From the NCBI GenBank assembly GCA_964457415.1, contig CAYWFB010000001.1:215-64214 (forward strand): a stretch of DNA of 64,000 bases. The letters run 5' to 3'. This DNA is from an uncultured Eubacteriales bacterium. Its GTDB lineage: Bacteria > Bacillota > Clostridia > Oscillospirales > Acutalibacteraceae. The notes under the pieces are model-generated. The model made no database searches. It was not told the DNA's origin and worked only from the letters and a program-made list of their open reading frames with translations. The position numbers were made by a program, and so were the translations under genes. Position 1 is the stretch's first letter; every line of letters begins with the position of its first letter. Below, in pieces: positions 63,602 through 64,000 of the stretch.

Positions 63602-64000
63602 TTAAGGAATGCGATTTAGATACATTCCACCGTTTTGTTTTAACCACAAGTGGCATTTTTTATAATCCGGGAAAACTTTATCAATTTCTGCATAAAATTT
63701 TGCTGAATGGTTCATGTGTTTTCTGTGGCAAAGCTCGTGTACAACAATACTATCAATGATTTCATCGGGTAGCAACACCAAAAGACAGTTGAAATTCAGA
63801 TTGCCCTTTGAAGAACAGCTGCCCCAACGGGTACGCTGACACCTGATAGTGATTTTGTTGTATGTTACACCGATTTTCTCTGCGTAAAATTCTACACGAT
63901 TGGGAATGTTGAGTTTTGCTTTCAGTGTGAATCGCTTTATTTCTTCCTGTGTGTAAGGCTTCAAACCATCCAGAATCTTCTGTTTTTCATTAAGCTTGGC
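63602..64000 (-). CDS. YgjP/DUF45-type (M48-like) metal-dependent hydrolase, 5' end beyond the window
   Basis: RWGSCS...VVHELCHRKHMNHSAKF (HExxH). The reading frame stays open to position 64000. Confidence 0.8.
   Translation of the reverse strand, partial: AKLNEKQKILDGLKPYTQEEIKRFTLKAKLNIPNRVEFYAEKIGVTYNKITIRCQRTRWGSCSSKGNLNFNCLLVLLPDEIIDSIVVHELCHRKHMNHSAKFYAEIDKVFPDYKKCHLWLKQNGGMYLNRIP

Noticed and set aside
1-64000. CRISPR array, rRNA, complete tRNA, integrase, conventional IS
   Set aside because: No regularly spaced short repeats were seen. The repeat families found are dispersed, not arrayed. No rRNA-like or cloverleaf-complete tRNA sequence was recognised by eye, and no recombinase-like ORF appears in the track. 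An eye scan is not exhaustive.

Overview
This window looks like a Clostridia-type Firmicutes chromosome. All homology calls were made by eye from the translations, with no searches run.

Core genome (about 1-46.8 kb and 63.2-64 kb):
- FeFe-hydrogenase NuoE/NuoF-like subunits
- a PdxR-pdxK vitamin B6 salvage operon
- obg-mrnC-yitT-lepA-hemW, metA, folD-lgt, two M16 peptidases, rmuC
- GH3, GH51 and GH38 glycosidases, asnS-asnA, a YtrA-type ABC operon, nagB

Two repeat families punctuate the core:
- GTAG-plus-hairpin REP-like elements. They occur with one intact and one truncated RAYT (IS200-like Y1 transposase) gene, and both genes carry REP-like hairpins in frame.
- A roughly 110-bp GC-rich three-hairpin element, present in 3 copies. 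Two copies share a 57-bp identical module that sits in terminator position.

I also found a LexA (Cheo) box-flanked promoter in front of an 80-aa membrane protein.

Accessory island (about 46.87-63.13 kb, between nagB and a NUDIX gene): it is markedly AT-rich and patchy. It contains:
- two decapitated glycosidase remnants
- three co-oriented tRNA-3'-end-like direct repeats that delimit cassettes
- an orphan MuF-tail/barnase toxin with barstar immunity, plus a truncated second immunity gene
- a Fic gene with palindromic operators
- a flavin oxidoreductase pair
- a COG3910-type ATPase

The most interesting part is a minus-strand block at 54.6-63.1 kb. It starts with a tight four-gene operon of three paralogous ComEC-type MBL-fold hydrolases and a small multi-TM protein. 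One of those hydrolases carries a C-terminal domain resembling the AGS-C nucleotide-sensor module and is split by a 1-nt homopolymer frameshift. Upstream lie a helicase IV/UvrD-like helicase with a Zn-ribbon, a short deformylase paralog and an FRG-domain protein. I could not match this gene set to any named defence system, so I flag it as the candidate undescribed system.

No rRNA, complete tRNA, CRISPR array, integrase or conventional IS was seen.
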